NCBI GenBank assembly: GCA_964201005.1
Contig: CAXNCS010000004.1
Location: 51,620 to 115,619, forward strand
DNA length: 64,000 bases
DNA from: Myxococcota bacterium
Lineage (GTDB): Bacteria; Myxococcota_A; UBA9042
Reading direction: 5' to 3'
Shown here: in pieces, positions 55,944 through 64,000 of the stretch
Numbering within the stretch: position 1 is the stretch's first letter
How the letters are laid out: every line of letters starts with the position of its first letter
Translations under genes and position numbers: made by a program
Notes under the pieces: model-generated
What the model was told of the DNA's origin: nothing
The model's database searches: none
The model's input: the letters and a program-made list of their open reading frames with translations, nothing else

Positions 55944-57974
55944 TCAGTCGTCGTCGCTAGCCGCCGCGGGATTGCTGGCCCCCAGAGCGCCGCCGCCGCC
56001 CGGTGCACCTGAAGCGGACGCGGGCACGGCTGCTGGCCTAGCCAACTGCGCCAAAGTCACCGCGATTTCGCTCGCGGCGACCAAGCGGCGCTGTAGCAAC
56101 CACGTGCTCCAGAACTGCGCCGGCCTGACCCGCGCGCCGGTGCCGATGCCCGGACGGTGAGCCACAATTTGGCTGATCCACTGGGCGGCATTGTCTCGCC
56201 ACGGGGTCGGCAGGGCCAAGGCCTGAGCCAAAGCGGTGAGATTTTGCCGGTCTAGCCCCACCACCGCGATGCCGCGCCGCGCAAGGCCGCGCAGGGCCAG
56301 CTCCTGACGGGTGATGTCCTGGGGCAGGCTGTCCAAGAATGTGGTCCACAAGAGCCTTTCGCCTGCAGGATCCAGTGGTTCGCTCCAGGTGCGCTGGGGC
56401 AACTGGCCCGCCAAGTCGGCCATGAGATCGACGGTGGCAAAATTCGTCAGCCTTTCCAGACTGTCGCGCGCCTCATCGCGCACCGCGGGCTGGTCGTCGT
56501 CGATCAGCTGCAGCGCCGCGCGGGCCCCCAGCAGGGAGCCGCTGTAACCCAAGAGATTGACGGCCATCTTGCGGATGTTCAGCAGGGGGGTCGCCAGCGC
56601 GTTGGTCGGCGGGTAGAGCACGCGGCGATCGGCTAGGGCGTCGGCCAAGCGGGCCACGGCGCCCATCTCAGCCAGGGCACTCAGCTGGGCAAAGGCGCAG
56701 CTGGGGTCGATCTCGCGAACCAAGGCATCGGCCAGGGCCTGATCGCCACCGGGCGGATTCCAGCTGCCCAAGGCCTTGGCGACGGCCAAGCGCACCTGCG
56801 CCTCGGGATCCGCGGCCGCTTGCAGGAGCACCGGCAGAGCCTCGCTGTCGCGGTACAGGCCGATCAATTGCACAGCCTGGGCGCGTTGTTCCGCCGTACC
56901 ACTCTGTAAGGCCTGGCGAATCGCCGGCAGCCGCGCCTGCACGCCGCTCGAGCGACCCCAAGCCGCCTGAGGCGCGCGCGAAGCGTTGACGCAGCCTTCG
57001 CCCGTGTCGTCGCTGCTGCAGCCGATGCGCAGGTGCAGGTGATCGTTGTGCGCCAGGGCCTTCTTGGGCTGGTGCAGGATGGCCGTGGCCCGGGCGACCA
57101 ACTCTTTGTCCTCTTTGTGCTTTTGTGCGTACAGCAGCATTGGCTGCTTGAGCCACTGGGCGACAAACAGGTACTGGATGTCGGGGCCCTTGCACGTCAG
57201 GAGCGCTTTGACAAAGGTCCAGTTGGCGGCGACGTCAAAGGTCAGCGGCTTTTCAGAGTCGGTGCTGCGCAGGCGCCGATCAAAGTGATACAGCCGGTCG
57301 CTTTTGGCCGGTTTGCCCTGATCGTCCAAGGCGTAAAAGGCCAAATCCGCGTCGCGGCCGTTGTTGTGCGAGACGGACCAAGGCAGCGGTCCACCGCCGA
57401 GACGCGACAGATTGCCCAGCTGCAGCACCCGGCCCGGGTGGACCTTGGCGACCTCTTTGGCCGCGCAGACCAGCAGATCGCGCATTTCATGGGTGGTAAA
57501 GCGGGTGTTGCGCTGGGCCACCAGGTCGAGCACGCGGACCTCGGTCGACTCGATCGGCAGCTCGGCGGCGTCGGCCAGCGCTCCGGCTGTGACCGTGCCC
57601 AGGGAGATCGAGCCGCGGGCCGCCGAGGCAATGCGCGGATGCGGGCGCTCGTACAGCGGCATGACCCAGGTCTGCGGCGCCTCGTCCACGCCCCGGCGCT
57701 CGGCGCGGCGGGCAGGTTCTGCGATACGCTGATCGCCGTCCAATTCTAGTGCGTTTGTAAGGAGTTGTTCGGGGGCAGCGATCGATTCGACGGCGCTCTC
57801 TTCGGCAAAGCCCGCAAGCGGCGCAGGCAGAGCCGTCTCGTCGACCCCGGACGATGCGCCGCAGCCGACCGACGCCAGGACCGTCGCAGCCAGTGCGAGG
57901 TAATTGCGCGCTTCGCTCAGGGGATGCGCCAGCCAAGAGCTTGGCATGTGCCGGGTTCGCAGCGCAGTACTCAT
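55944..57974 (-). CDS. Lipoprotein fusing a penicillin-insensitive murein endopeptidase (MepA / peptidase M74-like) domain to a C-terminal HEAT/PBS-lyase-type repeat domain
   Basis: M74-like zinc-ligand motifs SHNNGRDADLAF (HxxGxDxDL) and HNDHLHLRI (HxDHxHxR). Lipobox ATVLASVGCGASS. The C-terminal half has HEAT-like repeats (AEQRAQAVQLIGLYRDSEALPVLLQAAADPEAQVRLAVAKALG...). The start is either M13 (57974) or M22 (57947). Confidence 0.6.
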   Translation of the reverse strand: MSTALRTRHMPSSWLAHPLSEARNYLALAATVLASVGCGASSGVDETALPAPLAGFAEESAVESIAAPEQLLTNALELDGDQRIAEPARRAERRGVDEAPQTWVMPLYERPHPRIASAARGSISLGTVTAGALADAAELPIESTEVRVLDLVAQRNTRFTTHEMRDLLVCAAKEVAKVHPGRVLQLGNLSRLGGGPLPWSVSHNNGRDADLAFYALDDQGKPAKSDRLYHFDRRLRSTDSEKPLTFDVAANWTFVKALLTCKGPDIQYLFVAQWLKQPMLLYAQKHKEDKELVARATAILHQPKKALAHNDHLHLRIGCSSDDTGEGCVNASRAPQAAWGRSSGVQARLPAIRQALQSGTAEQRAQAVQLIGLYRDSEALPVLLQAAADPEAQVRLAVAKALGSWNPPGGDQALADALVREIDPSCAFAQLSALAEMGAVARLADALADRRVLYPPTNALATPLLNIRKMAVNLLGYSGSLLGARAALQLIDDDQPAVRDEARDSLERLTNFATVDLMADLAGQLPQRTWSEPLDPAGERLLWTTFLDSLPQDITRQELALRGLARRGIAVVGLDRQNLTALAQALALPTPWRDNAAQWISQIVAHRPGIGTGARVRPAQFWSTWLLQRRLVAASEIAVTLAQLARPAAVPASASGAPGGGGALGASNPAAASDDD

Positions 57975-58092
57975 CGCCACCTCTGCCGGCACGGCGCCAG
58001 CAGCCACCAAGGCCAGCCTACACGATAGCAGGTCGCGCGGCCATGTCGAAAAAGCCCGCAGAGCGGATTAGTCGGCTCGATACTTCATGAAT

Positions 58093-58827
58093 TTAGCCGG
58101 CAGTGCCGGACGAGCCCAGGCCCGCAGGCGCGGCGGACTTGTGGCGGGCAAAGGTCTGGCGGCCAAAATTACCCAGGTAGCCCGCGGCAGAGCCCACGGA
58201 GAACACCATGGACAGCGTCAAGAGCGCCAGGCCAACGCGGTGGAAGTCGACGGTGCCGGCAATCACGCCAAAATCCGCGGCCATCGGGAAGTGCAGCAGC
58301 AGGCCGATGAGGCCGACCATCTGCAGCGCGGTCTTCCACTTGCCCCAGCGATCCGAGGGCAGGTCGAACCCTTCATCGGCGGCAATGGCTCTGAGTCCGG
58401 TGATGGCCACCTCCCGCGACAACAACAGAATTGCCAACCACGCCGGGGTGCGGCCCAGGGCCACGAGCTCGACGAGGCAGGCCAGCACCAGCAGTTTGTC
58501 CGCCAGAGGGTCGAGGAATTTGCCAAAAGCCGACTGCAAGTCGAGGTTGCGCGCCAGCCAGCCATCCAGAAAGTCGGTGATCGAGGCGATGGCAAACAGC
58601 GCGGTCGCCCAAAACACCGCCCAGCGCGCCGACCAAGGGCCGACGACGGCGGGATCGGACGCTTCCATCATCCACATCACCGCGGGGATGATCGCCACGC
58701 GGCCCATGGTCAGGATGTTGGGAAGATTGAAGATTTCATTGCGCAGCGCCGAGCGCGGCCGCTTGGGCTTCTTCTTCTTGCGCTGGCGCCGGGGCGATTG
58801 GCGCGGGTCGGGGCTGAGTTCGTCCAT
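58093..58827 (-). CDS. pgsA: CDP-alcohol phosphatidyltransferase (CDP-diacylglycerol--glycerol-3-phosphate 3-phosphatidyltransferase-like)
   Basis: DFLDGWLARNLDLQSAFGKFLDPLADKLL matches the DG(x2)AR(x8)G(x3)D(x3)D motif. There are multiple TM helices and a Lys/Arg-rich N-terminus. Confidence 0.8.
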   Translation of the reverse strand: MDELSPDPRQSPRRQRKKKKPKRPRSALRNEIFNLPNILTMGRVAIIPAVMWMMEASDPAVVGPWSARWAVFWATALFAIASITDFLDGWLARNLDLQSAFGKFLDPLADKLLVLACLVELVALGRTPAWLAILLLSREVAITGLRAIAADEGFDLPSDRWGKWKTALQMVGLIGLLLHFPMAADFGVIAGTVDFHRVGLALLTLSMVFSVGSAAGYLGNFGRQTFARHKSAAPAGLGSSGTAG

Positions 58828-59105
58828 CGCGCGGGCCTCTGGCGGTCGGGGCGCAGCGGCGCCCGTCTCTCAAGTGTGCACGCGGAAGGTACGGCTGCCA
58901 AGCGCCCAAATCAATGCGCGACCGGCCAATTGCCCCGGTGCATCCTTGGGCTGGGAATCTGCACGCGCCCACCTGGGTTATCCCTTCTCGCGCCGTGCAA
59001 TCGCTGTGCCCTGGCCGGCGTCGGCTGGCGGGTCTGCCTCTGCTTTGCTAACCTGTGCCGGCCGACCGTCTGTGTCCGCGCACCTCTGCCCAGGCCAAAC
59101 CGTAC

Positions 59106-60416
59106 ATGACTGAGCTTTTTGAACAAATTGGTATCGGCTTTCTCGGGGGCCTCATCCTCAACGTCATGCCGTGCGTGCTGCCGGTGTTGACGATGAAGGT
59201 GTTCAACCTCGTCGAGCACTCCAAAGTGGGCGACGGATCGTCGGATCAGACCAGGCGCCTGCACGGCATGGCCTACACCGCCGGCGTGCTGTTGATGTTT
59301 CTCTCCCTGGCCGCGGTCGTCATCGTGCTCAAGGCCGCGGGCGATCGGGTCGGCTGGGGCATGCAGTTCCAGAACCCCAAGTTCGTCGCCGGGATGATCG
59401 GTCTAATTTTTGTGTTTGGGCTCAATGCCTTGGGCGTGTTTGAGTGGAACCTGTCGCTGTCCGGTCGGCCGGGGCACCAGGGCTATGGCGCCAGCGTGGT
59501 CAACGGCCTCTTTGCGGCGATCATGTCGACCCCCTGCTCGGCGCCGTTCTTGGGCACCGCAGCCACTTTTGCCCTGGGTTCCGACGCGCCGTGGTGGCGC
59601 ACCCTGGCGATGTTTACCTCGATCGGCATCGGCCTTTCCAGCCCGTTTCTGTTGATTAGCTTTGTCCCCGCCATCGGTCGTCGCCTGCCGCGCCCCGGGC
59701 CGTGGATGGAGACCTTCAAGCAGCTCATGGGCTTCTCCCTGCTGGCCGCCGCCGTTTGGCTGTTCTCTACCCTGCAGGCGCAGATCTCGCGGCAGGCGTC
59801 GTCTGACTATCTGTGGTTTCTGCTGGCGCTTTCTGTGGCCGTCTGGGGCATCCACCACTTTGGCGGCGTGCTGTATTCAACCGCGCGGCGCATGACCGTG
59901 CGCGCCATCGCGATCGGCAGCCTGGTGGCCCTGGGCGCGGGCGGCTTGCTGCACTTTGAAGCGCCGGCGGCCACCGCAGCGGATGCCTCGCCGCACAGTG
60001 CCGGCTGTAAGCCCACGGACACGGTCTGCAAAGACCACATCGCCTGGTTGCCCTTTGACGCCAAGCGCGTGGCGGCGGAGAGCCAAGCCGGTCGCCCGGT
60101 GTTTATGGACTTCACCGCCGAGTGGTGCGCCAACTGCAAGACCAATGAAAAGGTGTTCATCGAGACCAAGAAGGTCCGCGACGCGCTGGTCGCCTCTGGC
60201 ATCCTGCCGATGAAGGCCGATCTGACCAATGAAAATGACGAGATCCAGACTTGGCTAGACAAGCTCGGCCGCTCTGGCATTCCGGCTTATGTGATCTACA
60301 TGCCCGATGGAACGCACGATCTGCTGCCGGAAGCCATCACGTCGGAGATGCTGGTCGAGCGGCTTGGCAAGGCAGCGGCGCGCTTTCCGCCCAAGCAATT
60401 GGCCGCCCATCCTTAG
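59106..60416 (+). CDS. dsbD: Thiol:disulfide interchange protein DsbD-like (CcdA-type TM domain plus a C-terminal thioredoxin domain, with no obvious N-terminal alpha domain)
   Basis: TM-domain Cys pair (NVMPCVLPVL and STPCSAPFLG). The C-terminal thioredoxin fold has CxxC (DFTAEWCANCKTNE). The start is the ATG at 59106. Confidence 0.75.
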   Translation: MTELFEQIGIGFLGGLILNVMPCVLPVLTMKVFNLVEHSKVGDGSSDQTRRLHGMAYTAGVLLMFLSLAAVVIVLKAAGDRVGWGMQFQNPKFVAGMIGLIFVFGLNALGVFEWNLSLSGRPGHQGYGASVVNGLFAAIMSTPCSAPFLGTAATFALGSDAPWWRTLAMFTSIGIGLSSPFLLISFVPAIGRRLPRPGPWMETFKQLMGFSLLAAAVWLFSTLQAQISRQASSDYLWFLLALSVAVWGIHHFGGVLYSTARRMTVRAIAIGSLVALGAGGLLHFEAPAATAADASPHSAGCKPTDTVCKDHIAWLPFDAKRVAAESQAGRPVFMDFTAEWCANCKTNEKVFIETKKVRDALVASGILPMKADLTNENDEIQTWLDKLGRSGIPAYVIYMPDGTHDLLPEAITSEMLVERLGKAAARFPPKQLAAHP

Positions 60417-60443
60417 GGATGGTCAGAAAAGCCCAAGGAATCT

Positions 60444-61403
60444 ATGCGTATTCTGCTCACCGGCGCGGCAGGCTTCATCGGATCGCACACGGCGGAGGCG
60501 CTTTTGCGCCGCGGCGATCGCGTGGTGGGGGTCGACAACTTTGACCCGTTCTATGACCGCGCGCTCAAGGAGCGCAACCTCGTTTCGGTGCAGCAGGCGG
60601 GTCCTGATCGCTGGCGCTTTGTCGAAGGCGACCTCGCCGATCAGGAAACCCTAGACCGCCTCTGGGAATTTGGCCCGTACGACGTGGTGGTGCACTTGGC
60701 GGCCAAGGCCGGGGTGCGGCCCTCGATTGATGACCCGGCGTCCTACGTGCGGGCCAATCTGGAAGCGACGGTGCGTCTTTGGGAGCAGTGCCGCCAGCAC
60801 GGCCCCAAGCGCGTGGTCTTCGCCTCGTCTTCCTCCGTCTACGGTGCGGATTCAGAGGCGCCCTTTGCCGAGGGGGCGCGCTGTGATCGGCCGGTTTCGC
60901 CTTATGCCGCCACCAAGCGCGCGGGCGAGCTGTTGGGTCACACCTATGCGCATTTGTACGGGTTTGACCTGACGTGCCTGCGCTTTTTTACCGTCTACGG
61001 GCCGCGGCAGCGTCCGGAAATGGCGATCCACAAGTTTGCCACGCTGCTTTGGCGCGGCACGGCGATTCCCCTGTTTGGCGACGGCGGTTCGAGCCGCGAT
61101 TACACCTACATTGACGATATCGTTCGCGGGGTTGTGGCTGCGGTGGACCGGCCCAAGGGCTTTGCCATCTACAACCTGGGGGGCGATCGCGAGACCCGCC
61201 TCGACGAGCTGGCGGCGCTGCTGGCGCGGGCCCTACACGTTGAGCTGCGGGTAGAACGGCATCCCGAGGCCCCTGGAGATGTGCCGCGGACCTGCGCCGA
61301 CCTGACCCTGGCGCGCGCCGAGCTTGGCTATGCGCCCGAGACGCCGATCGAAGAGGGCATTCGCCGCTTTGCAGGGTGGTTTGTCGAGCGCGGGGTTCAG
61401 TAG
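60444..61403 (+). CDS. NAD-dependent epimerase/dehydratase (UDP-sugar 4-epimerase-like, extended SDR)
   Basis: MRILLTGAAGFIGSHTAEALL has an intact GxxGxxG. YxxxK is at YAATKRAGE. Length 319 aa. Confidence 0.8.
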   Translation: MRILLTGAAGFIGSHTAEALLRRGDRVVGVDNFDPFYDRALKERNLVSVQQAGPDRWRFVEGDLADQETLDRLWEFGPYDVVVHLAAKAGVRPSIDDPASYVRANLEATVRLWEQCRQHGPKRVVFASSSSVYGADSEAPFAEGARCDRPVSPYAATKRAGELLGHTYAHLYGFDLTCLRFFTVYGPRQRPEMAIHKFATLLWRGTAIPLFGDGGSSRDYTYIDDIVRGVVAAVDRPKGFAIYNLGGDRETRLDELAALLARALHVELRVERHPEAPGDVPRTCADLTLARAELGYAPETPIEEGIRRFAGWFVERGVQ

Positions 61404-61458
61404 GTCGCCGGGCAAAAAGCGGAGGATCTGCGCAGTGTGCGGCGCGGCCGGGCGAGCG

Positions 61459-63303
61459 TCAGAATTGCCGAAGCCCCTTGCGCCGCAGCCTCAGCAGGGC
61501 CAACGCCGCGCCCAGAGCCCACGCGCCGCTGGCCCAGCCGCTTGGGCCGCTCTGGCAGCCTGAGGGCGCAACCGCGCTCGCTGTTGGCAGTGGGACCGGA
61601 GTGGTTTCAGCTGGTTCTGTGTCAACGGCCCCGGAGGCGTCGACTTCGCTGCCTGCGGGGCCTCCGCAAGCGCCGCTGCCGCAGGGCTGGCTCTCTGGGC
61701 ACTCGATGAGCTTGGGACCAGCGCCGCACACGTCGTAGACTTCGACGATGGTCGGGCCGGCGCATTTGCGCGACTCTGCCTGAACTTGGCCTGCGTGCTG
61801 ACATTTGCCGTCCGCACAGCTGTCCGCCGTGCAGTCCAGGCCGTCGTCACACGCCGCGGGGGCGCCGGCGATGCACTTGCCCAGCGCGCAATAATCGCCC
61901 TCGGTGCACGCATTGCCGTCGTCGCACTGTGCGCTCACGGGTTTGTAGGTACACGCGCCGGCGACACACGCGTCCAAGGTGCAGGGATTCTCGTCCTCGC
62001 ACTGCTTGGCGGCGCCGACACACTGCCCGGCGCTGCAGCTGTCGGCGATCGTGCAGGCGCTGCCGTCGTCGCACGCCCCGCTCTTTGGCGCATGGGTGCA
62101 GGTGGCGGCGACACAACTATCTGTCGTGCATGGGTTATCGTCGTTGCAGTCGTCTTTGACATGCTTGCAGCCGCTGGCGTCGCAGGTGTCGGCGGTGCAG
62201 GGATCGCCGTCGTCGCAAGTGCCGGCCTTGGGGGCGTGTTTGCAGGCGCCGCCGCTGCAGCTGTCCTCGGTGCACGCAATGCCGTCGCTGCAGGGCTTCT
62301 GTGTTCCGGGCTGGCATTTGCCCTGGCCGCAGGTGTCGGCTGCGCTGCACGGATCGCCGTCGTCACAGGGCTGGCTGTGGGCTGTGAATACGCAGTTTCC
62401 GCCGCTGCAGCTGTCTGCGGTGCAGAGGTTGCCGTCGTCGCACGGCTTGGCGAGGCCGGGTTGGCAGAGGCCGCCGCTGCAGCTGTCCTGCAAGGTGCAC
62501 GCGTTGCCGTCGTCGCAATTGCCGCTGATGGGCGCATGGTTGCAGTTGCCGGCGCTGCAGGTGTCCGCGGTGCAAACCTTGCCGTCGTCGCAATTCTTGC
62601 CCGCGCACGGATCCGTGGGGCTGACCAAGGCCTTGTAGCCCTCCACCAGCGAGTTATACGGCGAGACGAACACCGTCCCCACGCCGGCGACGTACTGCTC
62701 GACATCAAAGTGCAGGTGCATGGACGTCGGCGTGCCGCCAAAGGCGTTGCTCACCAAGCCCAGCTTTTGGCCCTTGGAGACCTTTTGCCCCACCTTGACC
62801 GCTAATGTCCCAGGATCCATGTGCAAATAGCGAAAAAGCGTGCCGCTGCCGCCTTTGAGGTAGACCGAATAGGTGCCGATGCTGGTGATCGTGCCGGCCT
62901 CGGTCGCCACGGCCCACCAGGTCTTGTTGGCGCAGGTGGACGCGCGGATGTCTTGGCCCTGGTGGCCCTTGCCGGAGGGGCAGAGCGGCATCGACCACGT
63001 GCGGGTTTCGCAATAATTGTCCCACCACGGGTAACTGAAATTCTTGGCGTCGCACTGACCGCCTTTGGGGCCCTGCGATCCGCCCACGCCCCAGACCTGG
63101 GAGTTGAGAAACGACGGCGCTTTCTCGATGGGGTAGCGGATGCCCGGCGCGTAGACCTTGGCGGTCTTGAGGCCCGTGCCCGAGCCGGCCGTCAACACCC
63201 CCGCGGGCTGAAAGGTGAAGGCGAGGGCGGCGCTGGCGATGAGCTGGCCCAAGGCGGCGATCACGAAACCGATTTGGCTGGCGGCGATGCTGGGGCGGCT
63301 CAT
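61459..63303 (-). CDS. Secreted M23-family metallopeptidase fused to about 11 tandem Cys-rich CDDGNxCTxDxC repeats and a C-terminal MYXO-CTERM-like sorting tail
   Basis: M23 motifs GHQGQDIRA (HxGxD) and TSMHLHFDV (HxH). Residues about 223-513 repeat with a ~26-aa period (NCDDGKVCTADTCSAGNC, NCDDGNACTLQDSCSGGLC, PCDDGNLCTADSCSGGNC, PCDDGDPCSAADTCGQGKC, ...). The tail SGCQSGPSGWASGAWALGAALALLRLRRKG matches the MYXO-CTERM pattern of Cys, Gly-rich, hydrophobic then Arg-rich. The start overlaps the upstream gene's stop (ATGA). Confidence 0.7.
   Translation of the reverse strand: MSRPSIAASQIGFVIAALGQLIASAALAFTFQPAGVLTAGSGTGLKTAKVYAPGIRYPIEKAPSFLNSQVWGVGGSQGPKGGQCDAKNFSYPWWDNYCETRTWSMPLCPSGKGHQGQDIRASTCANKTWWAVATEAGTITSIGTYSVYLKGGSGTLFRYLHMDPGTLAVKVGQKVSKGQKLGLVSNAFGGTPTSMHLHFDVEQYVAGVGTVFVSPYNSLVEGYKALVSPTDPCAGKNCDDGKVCTADTCSAGNCNHAPISGNCDDGNACTLQDSCSGGLCQPGLAKPCDDGNLCTADSCSGGNCVFTAHSQPCDDGDPCSAADTCGQGKCQPGTQKPCSDGIACTEDSCSGGACKHAPKAGTCDDGDPCTADTCDASGCKHVKDDCNDDNPCTTDSCVAATCTHAPKSGACDDGSACTIADSCSAGQCVGAAKQCEDENPCTLDACVAGACTYKPVSAQCDDGNACTEGDYCALGKCIAGAPAACDDGLDCTADSCADGKCQHAGQVQAESRKCAGPTIVEVYDVCGAGPKLIECPESQPCGSGACGGPAGSEVDASGAVDTEPAETTPVPLPTASAVAPSGCQSGPSGWASGAWALGAALALLRLRRKGLRQF
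61764..62640 (-). repeat. Tandem in-frame coding repeats (about 78-nt period) encoding the Cys-rich modules of the M23 peptidase
   Basis: Protein-level periodicity. This interval also gives long spurious ORFs in all other frames of the ORF track (for example 61786-62805 +, 61935-62741 -, 61979-62638 +). Confidence 0.6.
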
Positions 63304-63989
63304 GGCACCCTCCGATCGGCGCGATTCCAGCGGCGCAATTGCCCAACCAGCTCAAGCACGCTGGCGTCTTGGGTACAGCGGACGTCGTCGGCGGGATCGG
63401 CGCATTCGATCGAGACCGCGTAGCTTGCGCCCCAGGCGAGAAAGGTCGCCTCGACGATGCCCTCATTGCGCCCCACCAGCGGCGAATTCCAGGTCGGCGC
63501 CACCCAGCCGGCGGGGATCATCTCTGGGTCCAGGGTGGCGAGCCGGTCCCCTTGGACCACCACGGTTGCGCCGGCATACGTGGATGAAAGGCTGAACCAG
63601 TCTTCGCCCGCGGTGGCGAGCGCTTGGCTCAGGAACGCGGGCAGATCCGGCCAGAGCACCGGCACCGTCGTCTGGGCAAGGTGAGCCAATTGCCCTTCCG
63701 TCAGCCGATGGCGCGCTGCCGGGTGAGCCTGGGCCAGGGTGTCGTCTACCGACTTGCGCAGCCGCTTGGGCACAACCGCGGTGGCTTCGACAGCTGGGGC
63801 AGGGCTGGCCATCTGCGCGGCGACGTTCTGGAGGCCCAACGGCAGACGGGTGTGCGCATGGGCCGTCGTCGCGATCGCTTCGCGGGCGGCCGCGGGCGGG
63901 GGTAGGCGATCTACCCGGCTCGGCGCCTCACAGCCGGTCGCCAAGCTCACCATTCCCGTGATCAGGAGCCAATTTCGCACAAAGGCCAT
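63300..63989 (-). CDS. Hypothetical lipoprotein, upstream partner of the M23 peptidase gene
   Basis: MAFVRNWLLITGMVSLATGCEAPS gives a lipobox. Length 229 aa. Its stop overlaps the M23 gene's start by 4 nt. Confidence 0.5.
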   Translation of the reverse strand: MAFVRNWLLITGMVSLATGCEAPSRVDRLPPPAAAREAIATTAHAHTRLPLGLQNVAAQMASPAPAVEATAVVPKRLRKSVDDTLAQAHPAARHRLTEGQLAHLAQTTVPVLWPDLPAFLSQALATAGEDWFSLSSTYAGATVVVQGDRLATLDPEMIPAGWVAPTWNSPLVGRNEGIVEATFLAWGASYAVSIECADPADDVRCTQDASVLELVGQLRRWNRADRRVP

Positions 63990-64000
63990 CGCGGTCTCCC

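Noticed and set aside
61786-62805. Multiple long ORFs in all frames over the M23 repeat region (for example 339 aa on plus, 268 aa on minus)
   Set aside because: These arise because the GC-rich tandem repeat lacks stop codons in all frames. Only the minus-strand frame continues from the M23 domain into the MYXO-CTERM tail.

Overview
The window is 64 kb of very GC-rich DNA (about 70% GC). Coding is dense on both strands. I call about 58 protein-coding genes. I found no rRNA, tRNA, CRISPR array, transposase or integrase. Several features point to a Myxococcota (myxobacterial) chromosome, though this is an inference. They are the many lipobox lipoproteins, PEGA domains, a MYXO-CTERM-like sorting tail, MopE-type DDDGDG repeats, a eukaryotic-like Ser/Thr kinase, an FHA-GGDEF protein and an AgmX/PglI-like tail. 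Recognisable housekeeping genes are glyQ-glyS, groES-groEL-grpE, aspartate kinase, a thymidylate-kinase-like gene, coaE, ribH-nusB, xseA, trmFO, pgsA, ruvX, glutaredoxin, a DsbD-like protein, a tandem DsbA-like protein, an amidase, PhoD, and a coxS-coxM-xdhC-mocA molybdoenzyme-maturation operon that has no catalytic large subunit nearby. Between these lie accessory-looking modules built from tightly coupled genes with ATGA start/stop overlaps or 5-6 nt gaps: (1) an FHA-GGDEF cyclase followed by a large lipoprotein and a Cys-rich secreted protein; (2) glyQS followed by a beta-propeller lipoprotein and a propeller protein carrying five MopE-like metal-binding repeats; (3) a lipoprotein followed by an M23 peptidase with about 11 Cys-rich repeats and a MYXO-CTERM tail; (4) a P-loop-degenerate Tmk-like gene coupled to a PEGA Ser/Thr kinase; (5) a TPR-PEGA protein followed by an FGE-domain lipoprotein; (6) an ECF sigma, its anti-sigma and a secreted protein; (7) an AgmX/PglI-like membrane protein followed by coaE and an SDR with a degenerate Rossmann motif. 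Noncoding oddities are two adjacent DnaA-box-like 9-mers in a GATCG-rich spacer and an AT-rich 11-bp inverted repeat in a convergent intergenic region. Every functional call comes from motif recognition by eye. I ran no database search. Start codons are approximate where stated.
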